Shown piece by piece: positions 39,136 through 50,200 of a stretch of 64,000 nucleotides of DNA. Source of the DNA: Phycisphaerae bacterium (GTDB taxonomy: Bacteria > Planctomycetota > Phycisphaerae > UBA1845); NCBI GenBank assembly GCA_963666835.2, contig CAXXGO010000005.1:32001-96000 (forward strand), given 5' to 3'. A program made the position numbers and the translations under genes. Under the pieces are notes generated by a model that saw only the letters and a program-made list of their open reading frames with translations, had not been told where the DNA came from and searched no databases. The first letter of the stretch is position 1; each line of letters begins with the position of its first letter.

Positions 39136-39913
39136 GTAACGCGCCGTGGATCGGCACCACGAGATTACCGGGATTGCTCCGACGGGTCTTCCGTCGTTGA
39201 GTGGTGATTGTCTGCTCTTCGAGGTTGAAGTGCTGTGCTTTTAGGCTGGCGATAACTCCCCGGTCAAGCCCGGTGGTCAACCCAATCATCGCGGCAACCT
39301 TCAGCCTCGTATCGTCGATGGCCTCGATAAGCCGGGCGATGTCCTTGTCAGATGGTAGGGCGGTTAGTTCCTTTGCCCCGGCAACCGGCTTCACCGTCAC
39401 GCCGTCCGTCGGTGACCCACTACAGTAACCCCGCTTTCCCGCCCAGTGAAAGAACCGGCGGAGGTAGCTGTAGTGCTTAGCCAGCGTCGATTCGCTAGTC
39501 TTGCGGACCTCATCCTTCCGTTTCCACGTGGACCGATCTCGGAGGTACTCTTCAATGTCGGTGGTGGTTACTCTGGCCACGGGACGATCCTGCCCGACCT
39601 GGGCAGTCAACAACCCGAGCATGTTGGCGTATTCGCTCTTGACGGAGTCGCTGAGTGTCCCGATTGACTGCAAGTACTCCCGGCTGGCCTCGCGCATGGT
39701 CACGGGCAGCAGGCCGTCGGCCGACTCCCGTTCGAACCGCTCGGTGAGGGCGCGCATGAACTGGGAAGCGGACTTCTTGAGAGTGAATCGCTTGGACCGA
39801 TGCCGACCGGATTCGTTCCATTCGACGTAGTACCCCGGCAGGACCCTGCCGCGGTCGACCCGCTTCCCGGTTCCGTTCGTCAGCCATGCTCGGCGTCCAC
39901 GACCCATGCCCAC
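38804..39913 (-). CDS. Tyrosine recombinase/integrase with atypical active site
   Basis: Core-binding domain (YLRRFFHWA), TTGLDRG, RRKT, ADFRK, LGHSS...TSRHY; adjacent to a tRNA. Confidence 0.88.
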   Translation of the reverse strand: MGMGRGRRAWLTNGTGKRVDRGRVLPGYYVEWNESGRHRSKRFTLKKSASQFMRALTERFERESADGLLPVTMREASREYLQSIGTLSDSVKSEYANMLGLLTAQVGQDRPVARVTTTDIEEYLRDRSTWKRKDEVRKTSESTLAKHYSYLRRFFHWAGKRGYCSGSPTDGVTVKPVAGAKELTALPSDKDIARLIEAIDDTRLKVAAMIGLTTGLDRGVIASLKAQHFNLEEQTITTQRRKTRRSNPGNLVVPIHGALLTPLQRLLDQTLPTMPLFPGYTLRTWYSRVRQAAGSPWTELTVADFRKIASGRSQRVMPLTSVQRMLGHSSALTTSRHYSPVDPAARQAFDELTLPTLEDDPPETQPKSA

Positions 39914-40021
39914 AACATACCGTCAGCCAAAAACGCCGTCAATATCCAACACGTACACTACACGCAAGCATCCGAGGGACACCAACAGGCGCGTAAACTC
40001 TTATTTTTCAGTGGGTTAGAC

Positions 40022-40094
<73 letters not shown>

Positions 40095-40160
40095 TTTCAG
40101 GCCCGCGGTTTAGCGGGGCCTCTTCGGTGGACATGACCCGGCATGCTGCCACCGTTTGAG

Positions 40161-40188
40161 ATCTTACCTTATGTCGGCGTTGAGGCAA
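40161..40188 (-). promoter_or_regulatory. Probable tRNA promoter
   Basis: TTGCCT-N16-TAAGAT. Confidence 0.5.
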
Positions 40189-40468
40189 GGGTCGGCTTAC
40201 AGGTCCGTTGCGGGGAACCACTCGCCGTCGCGGAGAACCGTGCGCTGTTGCGGGAAATCGTCCGCCACTACCGGGAACCGGGACGACGCTCAAAGTGCGG
40301 CCATGTCCCCGGATGGGGGCGGCACGTTGGCGGCCGGTATCCGGCTTTCGGAACATCACCGGCCATGCCCCCGGATAATGGGGCCACACGCTCCGGGACC
40401 GGCACCGCGGCACCGCACGTGCGTATACGTATCGACGCGAAACACCCTCGGGGGCGGCGTCAACGGCG

Positions 40469-41248
40469 CTACGTGGAAAGCCCGAAGAACTCGATCGTGT
40501 TGCGAGTCAACCGGGCCGCGAAGTCGGCAGGGGGTTCGCCCCGAAGGTCGGCCAGGAATCTGGCCGTGTGGACGATCAACGCCGGCTCGTTAGGCCGCCG
40601 CGAGCGGACCGGTTCCGGCGAAAGATACGGCGAATCGCTCTCGATCATGATCTGGTCCGCAGGATAAGCTCGGGCGATCTCCTGCAGCCACTGCGACTTC
40701 TTGAACGTCACCACTCCAGTGAACGAGATCCGCCAACCATGTTCAGCTACCCTCGCGGCCTCCTCTGCGGTGCCGGTGAAACAGTGGAAAACGACCGGCC
40801 GGTCGCGGAAACCATGGTCGCAGAGTAGCTCGATAGTGTCCGCCAACGCCTCCCGGCTGTGGATAATGAGGGGCTCGGGGCGTGGCTCGGCCAGCTCCAA
40901 TAACCTTGAGAAGACGCGGTGTTGGGCGGATCTATCGGCGAAATCGTAATGGTAGTCGAGTCCCATTTCGCCTAACCCGACGATGCGAGGGTGAGCCCAC
41001 AGCTCGGCCATTCCTGAGAGGGCATCGTCGTCGACCTTCTCGGCCTCGTGCGGATGGAACGCGGCGGCTGCGGAGAGCTGCTTAGGGTATAGCTCTGCCA
41101 AACCCACCGCGGCGCGGGCATCGGCCAGGTCGATCCCGATGGTGATTGCGTGGTCGACGCCGGCGTCTGTACAGTTTCGAAGGACCTCTTCGGTCCGGTC
41201 CTTCAGCCCCGGCATGGTCAGATGGGCGTGGGAGTCGATCAGGCTCAT
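40469..41248 (-). CDS. tatD: TatD-family hydrolase
   Basis: DSHAHL, HPH, GEMGLDY, IHSREA, FHCFTG, ESDSPYL. Confidence 0.95.
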   Translation of the reverse strand: MSLIDSHAHLTMPGLKDRTEEVLRNCTDAGVDHAITIGIDLADARAAVGLAELYPKQLSAAAAFHPHEAEKVDDDALSGMAELWAHPRIVGLGEMGLDYHYDFADRSAQHRVFSRLLELAEPRPEPLIIHSREALADTIELLCDHGFRDRPVVFHCFTGTAEEAARVAEHGWRISFTGVVTFKKSQWLQEIARAYPADQIMIESDSPYLSPEPVRSRRPNEPALIVHTARFLADLRGEPPADFAARLTRNTIEFFGLST

Positions 41249-41281
41249 TGTCGATACCCTGGCCGGCGAGCCGGCTTTGAT

Positions 41282-41710
41282 TCAGGTCCAACGCGGCTGG
41301 TGAACGTCCTCGAAATGCTCAATGACCGGCTCCGCTCCATCCGGCCATACCACGGTGACAAGATCGAATCTGCACGGAAGGTCCCCGCGGCAATGCTGTG
41401 TCAGAAAACACCGGGCAGCGCGCTCGACGCGCGACCACTTGGTATACCGGGCAGCTTCCTGGGGGTCGGCGGATCGATCGCTCGATCGGGTCTTGACCTC
41501 TACGAAGACAATGGTCCCATCCTGCGCGGCTACGAGATCCACCTCTCCAACCGGGCAGCGGTAGTTGCGGCGGACTATGCGATATCGACGGCTTTTCAGA
41601 TGCCGTTCGGCAAGACGCTCCCCGCGGGGTCCGAGGTCCCCATTGGGGTCAGACGGCCGCAGTCTCCAGCGCAGGCTGGGCAGCCTTCTTGTGATGAACG
41701 CGAAGTTCAC
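41282..41710 (-). CDS. yraN: YraN/UPF0102 family endonuclease-like protein
   Basis: LGPRGERLA...RNYRC..GEVDLVA...VFVEVKTR...RFDLV. Confidence 0.92.
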   Translation of the reverse strand: MNFAFITRRLPSLRWRLRPSDPNGDLGPRGERLAERHLKSRRYRIVRRNYRCPVGEVDLVAAQDGTIVFVEVKTRSSDRSADPQEAARYTKWSRVERAARCFLTQHCRGDLPCRFDLVTVVWPDGAEPVIEHFEDVHQPRWT

Positions 41711-42044
41711 GGAGCTTACGAGCCTTCCCGATACGATCGCGGAGGAAGTACAGTTTCGCCCGGCGGGTCTTGCCGCGCCGCATGATGTCTACCTTGACGA
41801 CGTTGGGGGAGTGGACGAGGAACTGCCGTTCCACACCCTGGTTTGCGACGATTCGGCGGACCGTGAAGATCTCGTTTATTCCGGTTCCACGGCGGGCTAT
41901 TACCACCCCGTTGAAGATCTGCACCCGCTCCTTGTCGCCTTCCACGATGCGACAGTGAACGTTGACGGTGTCACCAATATGGAACACGGGTGGGTCGGCC
42001 TTGAGATACTGCTTTTCCACCAGGTTTATCAACGGCGAACTCAT
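41649..42044 (-). CDS. rplS: 50S ribosomal protein L19
   Basis: GDTVNVH..IVEGDKERVQIFNG...GVER...RRAKLYFLR. Confidence 0.97.
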   Translation of the reverse strand: MSSPLINLVEKQYLKADPPVFHIGDTVNVHCRIVEGDKERVQIFNGVVIARRGTGINEIFTVRRIVANQGVERQFLVHSPNVVKVDIMRRGKTRRAKLYFLRDRIGKARKLRELRVHHKKAAQPALETAAV

Positions 42045-42110
42045 TACACCACTCCAAGAACCTTCGGCGTTTGCGGCGACTGGCCGGCAAACGCGCCTCA
42101 AGAATAACGT

Positions 42111-42818
42111 CTAGGTTAAACCCGCTGACGGTCCATCGTCAGGGGCCATCAAATCGGGGCGCCGAGCCGCCGTCCGTTCCACAGCCTGTTTCCGGCGCCA
42201 CGCTTCTATCGCCGCGTGGTTTCCGGAGAGCAGAACATCTGGCACCTCTTGCCCGCGAAACACTCTCGGCCTGGTGTACTGCGGGTACTCCAACAGGCCG
42301 TTGGAAAACGAATCATCTCCCGCCGAGTCCTCGTCGCCCAGAGCTCCGGGCAACAACCGCACCACGGCATCAATCAGTACTATCGCCGCCGGCTCGCCGC
42401 CGGACAACACGTAATCGCCGATCGAGATCTCGCGAGCCCCGATGCCTGTGCGAATCCTCTCGTCGAAACCCTCGTAATGTCCGCAGAGCAGCATGAGCCA
42501 AGGCTCAAACGCCAACTCCGCCACGGTCTGCTGGGTAAGCCGCTCACCCTGCGGGGTAAGCAGAACCCTATATGGCTCCCCGCCGTGCTGCGCCTGCACG
42601 TGCTCAACGGCGTCGAACACGGGCTCGCACATGAGGACCATTCCAGGCCCGCCGCCGAAGGGCCTGTCATCAACCGTGCGATGCTTATCCTGCGCAAAAT
42701 CGCGGATATTGGTGCATCGGACCGTCGCGAGATTCGCGTCCCTGGCTCGCCCGAGGATGCTGGAAGCCAGATACGGCTCGAAGACTTCCGGGAAGAGCGT
42801 CAGGACGTCGATCCGCAT
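42111..42818 (-). CDS. trmD: tRNA (guanine37-N1)-methyltransferase
   Basis: [43 protein letters not shown]. Confidence 0.98.
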   Translation of the reverse strand: MRIDVLTLFPEVFEPYLASSILGRARDANLATVRCTNIRDFAQDKHRTVDDRPFGGGPGMVLMCEPVFDAVEHVQAQHGGEPYRVLLTPQGERLTQQTVAELAFEPWLMLLCGHYEGFDERIRTGIGAREISIGDYVLSGGEPAAIVLIDAVVRLLPGALGDEDSAGDDSFSNGLLEYPQYTRPRVFRGQEVPDVLLSGNHAAIEAWRRKQAVERTAARRPDLMAPDDGPSAGLT

Positions 42819-42838
42819 AGGCGAACGGCTTATCCCGC

Positions 42839-43105
42839 TCAGGCCGAGGGGGCCTCTTTGCCAACGCCGTGCTTCTCCAAAAGCCGGCGGACTGTGTCGC
42901 TCGGCTGAGCGCCGACGCTGAGCCAGTACTCGATGCGTTCGCGCTTCAGGGCGACCTGCCGGTCCGGATCGGTATTGACCGGGTCGTACGCGCCCAGCTC
43001 TTCAATGACCTTGCTGTCTCGCTGGCGACGGCCATCGACGGCAGCAATCCGGTACACCGGGTGATGCCGGCGACCAATACGTTTCAACCTGATCCGGACA
43101 GCCAC
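42839..43105 (-). CDS. rpsP: 30S ribosomal protein S16
   Basis: VRIRLKRIG...YRI..DGRRQRD..IEELG.YDP...[12 protein letters not shown]. Confidence 0.97.
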   Translation of the reverse strand: MAVRIRLKRIGRRHHPVYRIAAVDGRRQRDSKVIEELGAYDPVNTDPDRQVALKRERIEYWLSVGAQPSDTVRRLLEKHGVGKEAPSA

Positions 43106-43180
43106 AGTATTCTCCTGGCAGAATCGGGACTCCCGCCGGCCTCCAAATGCCGATTGCGTCCCATGAACCCAAGTCCGGCA

Positions 43181-43208
43181 AGTATAGCAGCGGCGCTGCA
43201 GACGGCAA
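43181..43208 (-). promoter_or_regulatory. Promoter of the rpsP-trmD-rplS operon
   Basis: TTGCCG-N16-TATACT with extended -10 TG. Confidence 0.6.
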
Positions 43209-43267
43209 TACCGCGTGCCGGCGTATTACCGCAAACTAGTGGAAAAAAAGAGGAACGTGTTCCGCAT

Positions 43268-43310
43268 AACAAGAAAGCACCGCTCGCCCTAGAGCGAAAC
43301 GGTGCTTTCC
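43268..43310 (-). terminator. Intrinsic terminator downstream of nrdJ
   Basis: GAAAGCACCG...CGGTGCTTTC stem followed by a T-rich tail on the minus strand. Confidence 0.65.
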
Positions 43311-43534
43311 GGAGGGGAAAGAAGCCTGGCGATGCGAATGTCAGCCCTTTTGGGCAGCCTCCTAAGTATACACACGGACCAAGCGGTCGCTGGTTCCGAG
43401 GGAACCGGTTTCTCCAACGAGTATTACTATCGACCGAATGTACCCACTAACTTTGACTCGTCAACAGATAATCCACACGACCAGGGCGAAAAAACAGGGC
43501 GTTACATGCGGTTTTACCGGACATTCAACCCAAA

Positions 43535-46123
43535 CTAGCACTTCGAGAACCCACACGAGTCGCAGGTCACGCACCCTTCACTGAATCGCAAGGAACTCTG
43601 GCAATCTGGGCAGATGACCTTGTACTGCGTCTGCTGCCACTGAAATCCAAGGGAATCGAGCCTCGAGGGTGCTGTCTTCGATCGCGCGCGGGCGGCGGTG
43701 TTCGCTCCCGATCCGTTGGCCTTACCGCTACTGTTACCGTTTTTTTTTCGGGCGTTCTTGCCGTTCGCATCGGAGCCGGCCGGTTCACGGGCAGGCTCGT
43801 CGCCGCTGTCTCCGAGCAAGAGCCCGCGAAGTCCCATCGTCTCTTTGCTCTGCGTGTACCTCTGCAGGGCGCGGGCGAGCCCGTCGCCGAGGCTCATGAT
43901 CTTGCCGTCCTTTGTATGCACCTGCAGGCTGGAACCGATCGAGTGTAGCTGCTGGATCACGTGGTTGAGACTGCCGCCGGCCCGTAACCACAGGCTGACC
44001 ATGCGGCAGATCGCCTCCAGATCGCTATTAGCCAGGTCGCCACCCTTGCCGAGCTGAGCGAACACCTCCAGCTCGCGGTTTGTTGTTGGGTCCACCGTTA
44101 TGTTTATGTGCATATTGCCGAACGGTGTAAGCTGCCGTACGCGGATTCCCGTGGCAATTTCGGGGAGCACGGCCGGCTCGAGGGGCTTGAACTCCGCCGG
44201 CTCGTAATCAACGTCTGCGGGTTCCGCTTCCTTGTCGTCGCTCTTAAGCGCCATCGGCTGGTTCTCGCGACATCCGTTCCGGTAGACCGTGACGCCCTTG
44301 CAGTTCAAGTCGTATGCCATCCGGTAGATGGTCGCAACGTCTGCGATAGTGGCGTCCTCGCGGAAGTTGATGGTCTTGGAGATCGATGCGTCACAGTGCT
44401 TTTGGAAAGCCGCTTGCATCTGCATGTGCCACTCCGGGGCGATGTCGTGAGCGCATACGAATACGGCCCGGGCTTCGGGGGGAACCCCGTCAACATTAGC
44501 GAGGGTGCCGTCCGTGGCAATCCGCTCCATCAGTCCCTCGCTAAAGAACCCCTGCCGACGGGCGACGGTCTCGAAGATCGGATTGATCTCGACCATCGGC
44601 GTCTGGCCTTCGTCCTGCTCGCGCAGGACGTTGCGGAAGAAGGCCAAGCTGTAAAGCGGCTCTACGCCGCCTGAACAGCCGGCAATAATACTGATCGTGC
44701 CCGTAGGGGCCACCGTCGTGGACGTGGCATTCCGCATCGGGCGATGGTACTTCGTGTCATATACGCTGCCTTCCCAATTCGGGAAACAGCCGCGACTCTC
44801 CGCCAGTTTCTCGCTCGCGTTGTGCGATTCTTCGTTCACGAACTCCATGAACCGCTCGCCCCACTCCACCCCTTCGTCGCTGTTGTAAGGGACGCCGAGA
44901 AGGAAGAGGGCGTCGGCGAAACCCATTATACCGAGGCCGATCTTGCGGTTGGCCTGGCACATCCGGGTGATTTCGTCCAGCGGGTACTTATTGACGTCGA
45001 TTACGTTGTCGAGGAAACGAACGGCCTCGTGGATCGTCCGGCGCAGACCGGCCCAATCTACCGTCGGGGCGGCGCCGTCGTCGTGGTGTACGAATGACGC
45101 AAGGTTGACACTGCCCAGGTTGCACGCCTCGTAGGGTAGCAAGGGCTGTTCGCCGCACGGGTTCGTTGCTTCCATACGTCCGATGTGCGGCGTCGGATTC
45201 GCCTGGTTAATACGATCGATAAAGATGACCCCGGGTTCGCCCGTCCGGTGGGCGTTGGTCACGACCATGTCCCAGATGTCCTGGTATGTGTGATACTCGC
45301 CGGGTGGAAGCGATCCGTCTTCCTCGGCCGGAACCAGCGAGCGAAGGTCGTACTCCCAGGTCTCCAGGTCTTTCGGCAGTCCGTACTTCTTCCCGGTTCG
45401 CGGGTTGATTGTCAGGTGCGGACTAGCCGGATTCGCAATGAACGACTCCATCCACTCGTCGGTGATCTTCACCGATATGTTGTAATTCGTGAACTGGGTC
45501 AGGTCCTCCTTAGCGTGGAGGAACTTGAGAATGTCGGGATGGGTGACGTTCATCATCCCCATGTTGGCTCCGCGGCGGAACGCTCCCTGTTGGATCGCGT
45601 TCGTGGCTTCGCTGAACGCGCGCCAGAAGGAAATCGGACCGCTCGTGGTTCCGCCGGAACTGCTGATAAAGTCGCCGGTGGGACGCAGCTCGTCAAAAGC
45701 GAAGCCGGTACCGCCACCGGCTTTTTGGATCAGGGCCGTGTGCTTGATCGAATCGAAAATCTCGTCGATGCTATCGCCCACGGGAAGCACGAAGCACGCG
45801 CTGAGCATGCCCATCTCTCGCCCGGCGTTCATCAGCGTGGGACTGTTGGGCATGAACCGTCGGCTCATCATCAACGCGTAGAAACGATCCTCCCACTCGC
45901 TTCGGATCTCGGGATCGGAGTCATACTGCGCTTCGGCTTCGGCAACGGCCTTAGCAACCCGCCGAAACATGTCTCTTGGCGACTCCGTGCACCGGCCCTG
46001 CTCATCCTTCTTCAGGTACCGCGCCCGAAGAACGCGCAGAGCATTTGCTGCGAAGCCCGTGCCCGGTTTCTGCGTGTCGTCCGTGACACCCGATTCACGA
46101 TTCCTGATCACTGCTTCCGACAT
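43535..46123 (-). CDS. nrdJ: Class II (adenosylcobalamin-dependent) ribonucleotide reductase with TSCPD and Zn-ribbon tail
   Basis: PNSPTLMNAG, SACFV, TNPCGEQPL, CNLGS, VAPTGTIS, ISKTIN, C-terminal CPDC...EGCVTCDSCGFSKC. Confidence 0.96.
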   Translation of the reverse strand: MSEAVIRNRESGVTDDTQKPGTGFAANALRVLRARYLKKDEQGRCTESPRDMFRRVAKAVAEAEAQYDSDPEIRSEWEDRFYALMMSRRFMPNSPTLMNAGREMGMLSACFVLPVGDSIDEIFDSIKHTALIQKAGGGTGFAFDELRPTGDFISSSGGTTSGPISFWRAFSEATNAIQQGAFRRGANMGMMNVTHPDILKFLHAKEDLTQFTNYNISVKITDEWMESFIANPASPHLTINPRTGKKYGLPKDLETWEYDLRSLVPAEEDGSLPPGEYHTYQDIWDMVVTNAHRTGEPGVIFIDRINQANPTPHIGRMEATNPCGEQPLLPYEACNLGSVNLASFVHHDDGAAPTVDWAGLRRTIHEAVRFLDNVIDVNKYPLDEITRMCQANRKIGLGIMGFADALFLLGVPYNSDEGVEWGERFMEFVNEESHNASEKLAESRGCFPNWEGSVYDTKYHRPMRNATSTTVAPTGTISIIAGCSGGVEPLYSLAFFRNVLREQDEGQTPMVEINPIFETVARRQGFFSEGLMERIATDGTLANVDGVPPEARAVFVCAHDIAPEWHMQMQAAFQKHCDASISKTINFREDATIADVATIYRMAYDLNCKGVTVYRNGCRENQPMALKSDDKEAEPADVDYEPAEFKPLEPAVLPEIATGIRVRQLTPFGNMHINITVDPTTNRELEVFAQLGKGGDLANSDLEAICRMVSLWLRAGGSLNHVIQQLHSIGSSLQVHTKDGKIMSLGDGLARALQRYTQSKETMGLRGLLLGDSGDEPAREPAGSDANGKNARKKNGNSSGKANGSGANTAARARSKTAPSRLDSLGFQWQQTQYKVICPDCQSSLRFSEGCVTCDSCGFSKC

Positions 46124-46347
46124 TGAACGGCTGCGCCTCCACCGGCGTTTCCACCGGATTGTCTTTGGTCATCGCGCGTTAAAGGACCGGCTCACCGTCG
46201 CGTTGGACAGCACGCCCCCAGTGCTCCCTCTTCCCCGCCTGGGTGCCCAAGGTTGGGCTCGTTAATCTGGAAACGCTCGCGCTTTAAGAAGATCGAACTC
46301 GATCTTCGCCTCTTTCCGGAAGATCTTATACATCACGAGCGAAGGCA

Positions 46348-46399
46348 ATCGTAGCCCATGTATCGATGTTCGTCAAGCGCGAAACACAATATCTTGTAG
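46348..46399 (-). promoter_or_regulatory. nrdJ promoter with tandem NrdR boxes
   Basis: TTGACG-N17-TACGAT; box ACACAATATCTTGTAG (46384-46399) and a weaker core CCATGTATCG 31 bp away. Confidence 0.75.
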
Positions 46400-47138
46400 G
46401 TTCTGTGAACTGGAGCGGGCGCCATGACGCTACCGCGTTGGAAGTATCGGCCGCAGGGGAGATTACGATGAAAACAACAGAGAAATGAACATGTGAGTTT
46501 ATCTGGACTCTGCGAGCCGAAGCCCAGACCGCTCCAAAAAACCTGTCCGATTCAGCGTGTTTCGCAGGAGCTGCGCCGGCGGATCGAGCCGAAGGGCGCT
46601 TCGAAAGAGGCCACTCAAACCGGGGCGTTACGCCTCTGCGGGGCACACCGCGATGCGGAGTTAGCCGACGCCGTGCTCCGGATTGCAAAATTACTTAATC
46701 GAGGCGTCTGCTGGTGTCGCCCAGGGTGCAGAACAGGGTAGGGAAATTACTTTCTGTACCGAGTGCGATTCAATTATGTTCGCTATCGGAATAGTGGAAC
46801 GCGATTCTGTTGGCTGTGAGCGGGAGCGTAAAGGTCGGTGAGTCCGCGATGAACCGGCCGGGGGCGGTTGCAATCATGCTGCAGGGGGGCGGAAAGGTGC
46901 GGGACGGGCCTTGGCGAGGGGCGAGAGCCGCCGGTGATTCCGGCGTCTCCAACCAAAGCGAGCCGGGAGGAGATTGTGCCCCCCGGCGAAAACGCCGGCC
47001 TGGATCGTTGATGACGTTCGCATGGAGTAGGGTCGAGATGCGGTGGCGCTGCGCCGCTCCGTCTCCACATCCCGCTCGTCAGACCGGACGTGCGAGTTTC
47101 CCGTATCCGGCTTCCGAGTTGCCCTTAGGCACCGGACG

Positions 47139-47180
47139 AATAAAGAACGGGCCGGAGCACGCGCACGCGCCCCGGCCCGA
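47139..47180 (-). terminator. Intrinsic terminator (repeated at 53746 and 60358)
   Basis: CGGGCCGG...CCGGCCCG stem plus TTCTTTATT on the minus strand. Confidence 0.7.
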
Positions 47181-47285
47181 CTATTACTCTTTTGTACAGG
47201 GTGTCTTGCCGACGTCACGGTATCACAATTACCGACCGGAACGCTGCCTGGTCGGTCCGACCGTGCCCTGTATCAGCTCGGCGTT

Positions 47286-50200
47286 TCAAGGGGTGCCGAT
47301 CGCCCAGATCTCCACGTCGTCGACATTCCAGCCGCTGTAGAGCCAGCTACTGTCCGTCGTACCCATCGTCCACCGCAGATACACCGTACCCTCACCGTCC
47401 GCCACGGCCGAGATGTCGTACTCCATCTGGCTCCAGGCGGAATCGGTAACCTCGGCGGAGTTCTCCCAAACGGTCGTCCAAGTGCTGCCGTTGTTGCTTA
47501 CCCGCAGGTAAGCGTGGTCGTACCTGGGCTGCTCGACATTCAGCCAGCGCCAGAACTTGACCGTGACATCGGTCAGGTTGGTGCAGTCGATTGCGGTCGA
47601 GGTCAGGTTTGTCTCGGCGAGGTTGTTGGTGTAATCGCCGGACAGGTTGTAGCCGTATACGTTGCTGCCGGTATACCCGCTACTCGGGTCGGCGTTTCCA
47701 TGGGAAGCCCCGCCACTTCCGGTCGGCTGTCCCCAGGCCCATTGGCCCGCGGTCGTCCATCCCGGATCAGTGTCCATGTTCCACGAATACTTGACCGCCG
47801 GTCCCGCGACACAGGTGTCGGAGATCTCATCGCAAGTCTGTCCCGGACACGGATCCGATCCCGGCTGGCAGAGGTTGCTGACGCAGGTTTCCGCGCCGTT
47901 GCAGAACAGGCCGTCGTCGCACTCCGCATCACCGGTGCAGGAGATGGCCGCCGTTACGTCCACGGTAATGTCGTCAACCGCCATATCGCTGCGATAGCTG
48001 GTGCCGGTGACTCCGTGGAAGCGGATGGTGATCGTCTTGCCGACGTAGGCGGTCAGATCGACGGTCGCCTCGTACCACGAGTTGCCTTGATTCCCGGACA
48101 GGCTCCATACATTCGTCCAGCTTGTGCAATCTTCGGATACCTCGACGTTCAGCGTGCCCATCGACGTTCCGTACATGTGATACCAGAAGGTCAGCTCTAC
48201 CTCGCTGGTATTGGCCAGATCGAAGCACGGGCCCTCGAGCAGGGCCGTCTTGCTCGGGTAGTTCGGGCTCGACGACTCGGTGTAGACATAATACGACCCG
48301 CCGTGGGCCGCGGACGGACCGGTGCTGCTCGACGAAGTTGAACCGCTCTTTCTGGTCCAGTCCATGTCATCGCCGGTCATGTTGACCCAATCGCCGAAGC
48401 CGCTTTCGAAACCTTCAGTATAAGGATACGAGGAGACGGTGACGTCGCACTCGTTGTAGCAGACCCCGTCGACACAGGTGTCCGTCGTACAAGCGTTGTC
48501 GTCGTCACAGTCCTCGTCTTCCACGCACTCGACTGACTCGCACGTGTCGGTTTCTTCGTTGCAGTATTCGCCCGATTCGCACGGCTCAACTCCCGCCTGG
48601 CAGTCATTGACCGCATCGCAGGTCTCGGTTCCGTCACACCACAGACCATTGTCGCAGTTAGCGTCGTTGGCCACGTTGTCACACGAATCCGTCGACTCAT
48701 TACACGAATCATCCGTGCAGCTCACGCCGTCGTCGCAATCCACCGCCGTGCCGGACTGGCAACCCAGCGTGATGTGGCAGACCTCGGCTCCGTCGCAATA
48801 CACGCCGTTGTCACACAGGCTGTCGTTGGCGATGTTGTCGCACGAGTCGGTACTCTCGTTGCAGGAATCGTCCGTGCAGCTTACGCCGTCGTCGCAGTCC
48901 ACGGCAGCGCCGGTCTGGCAGTCGAGGGCGGCGTCGCAAGTCTCCGCCCCGTCACAGTAATCGCCGTTGTCGCACAGGTTGTCGTTCGCGATGTTGTCGC
49001 ACGAGTCGGTGGTCTCGTTGCACGAGTCATCCGTACAACCGACCCCGTCGTCGCAGTCCACCGCGGTACCGGCCTCGCAGACTCCGTCGACGCATTGCTC
49101 TTCGCCGTTGCAGTACACGCCGTCGGCGCAATCCGCATTCTCCAGGCAGTCATAGCAGGTATCGGTGCTTTCGTCGCAAAGCTGCCCCGGACACGGGTCG
49201 CTGCCCGACTGGCAATCCAAGGTTGCGTCGCAAGTCTCGGTTCCGTCGCAGAACGCGCCATTGTCGCAGTTGGCATCGTTGGTGACGTTGTCGCACGAAT
49301 CGGTGGTCTCGTTGCACGAGTCGTCCGTGCAGCCGACCCCGTCGTCGCAGTCGACGGCCGTTCCCGATTGGCAATCGGAGGCGGCGTCACACCACTCGTC
49401 TCCGTCGCAATACAGGCCGTTATCGCAATTGTCGTCGTTCGCAACGTTGTCGCACGAATCTGTGGTCTCGTTGCACGAATCATCGGTGCAAGCGACGCCG
49501 TCATCGCAGTCCACGGCGGTGCCTGCCTCGCAACCGGTAACCGAATCACAGACCTCCGCCCCGTCGCAGTAAAGACCATTATCGCAGTTGGCGTCGTTAG
49601 TGACGTTATCGCAAGAGTCCGTACTCTCGTTGCAGGAATCGTCGGTGCAGTCGACCCCATCGCTGCAGTCGATTGCCGTACCCGCAACACACGAGCCGTC
49701 GACACAGTCCTCAGCTCCGTTGCAGTACAGCCCATCGTCGCAGTCCGCCGGGACGGAGCATTCCGGCCCGGACGGATACGCGACTGCCGTCTCGAACACA
49801 ACATAGCCGACCTGCTCGTTAATGTGGTTGCGCTCGGTATCGGCGAGCTGATCCTCGTCGATCACCAGATCTATCGTCGTGGCAGTAGTAGGACTTGCGC
49901 CGTAGGTATACGACCACCCACCGTTAGCACCGTCTACGCCGGCCATCGTCGTGACTGCCACCGTCGGCGCAGAGGCGAAAGCACTATCGAACGTGTATGT
50001 GTAAGGTGGCGAGTTGCTCACTCCAAGGACCGTATCAGTGCCCAGCAGAGCCTCGAACTCGACATCACCGATCGTCCCGTGATCGGCCTCGAACACAATG
50101 AAGCCAATGGTCTCATCCGACCGGGTCGTATCCGGGTCTTCGCATACGGTCTTGCCGGTCACCAGCGTGGTTGAAGACGGCGGATTGGTCCGCGCGCTAC

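Larger units (their letters stand above)
1..40021. mobile_element. tRNA-Arg-integrated genomic island / integrative element (left boundary not seen)
   Basis: Integrase next to the tRNA 3' end; xis, primase/helicase, alpA, ardC, recombinase and toxin cargo; core genes start on the other side of the tRNA. Confidence 0.7.

Noticed and set aside
1..39990. Second att copy of the tRNA-Arg 3' end
   Set aside because: Not found by eye in the window, so the island's left boundary is left undefined.
42111..43105. rimM missing between rpsP and trmD
   Set aside because: To my knowledge this is usual for planctomycetes; useful taxonomically but not novel.
46400..47138. Long intergenic region upstream of nrdJ as a cobalamin riboswitch or small gene
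   Set aside because: No B12-box or convincing ORF seen; NrdR boxes explain the regulation.
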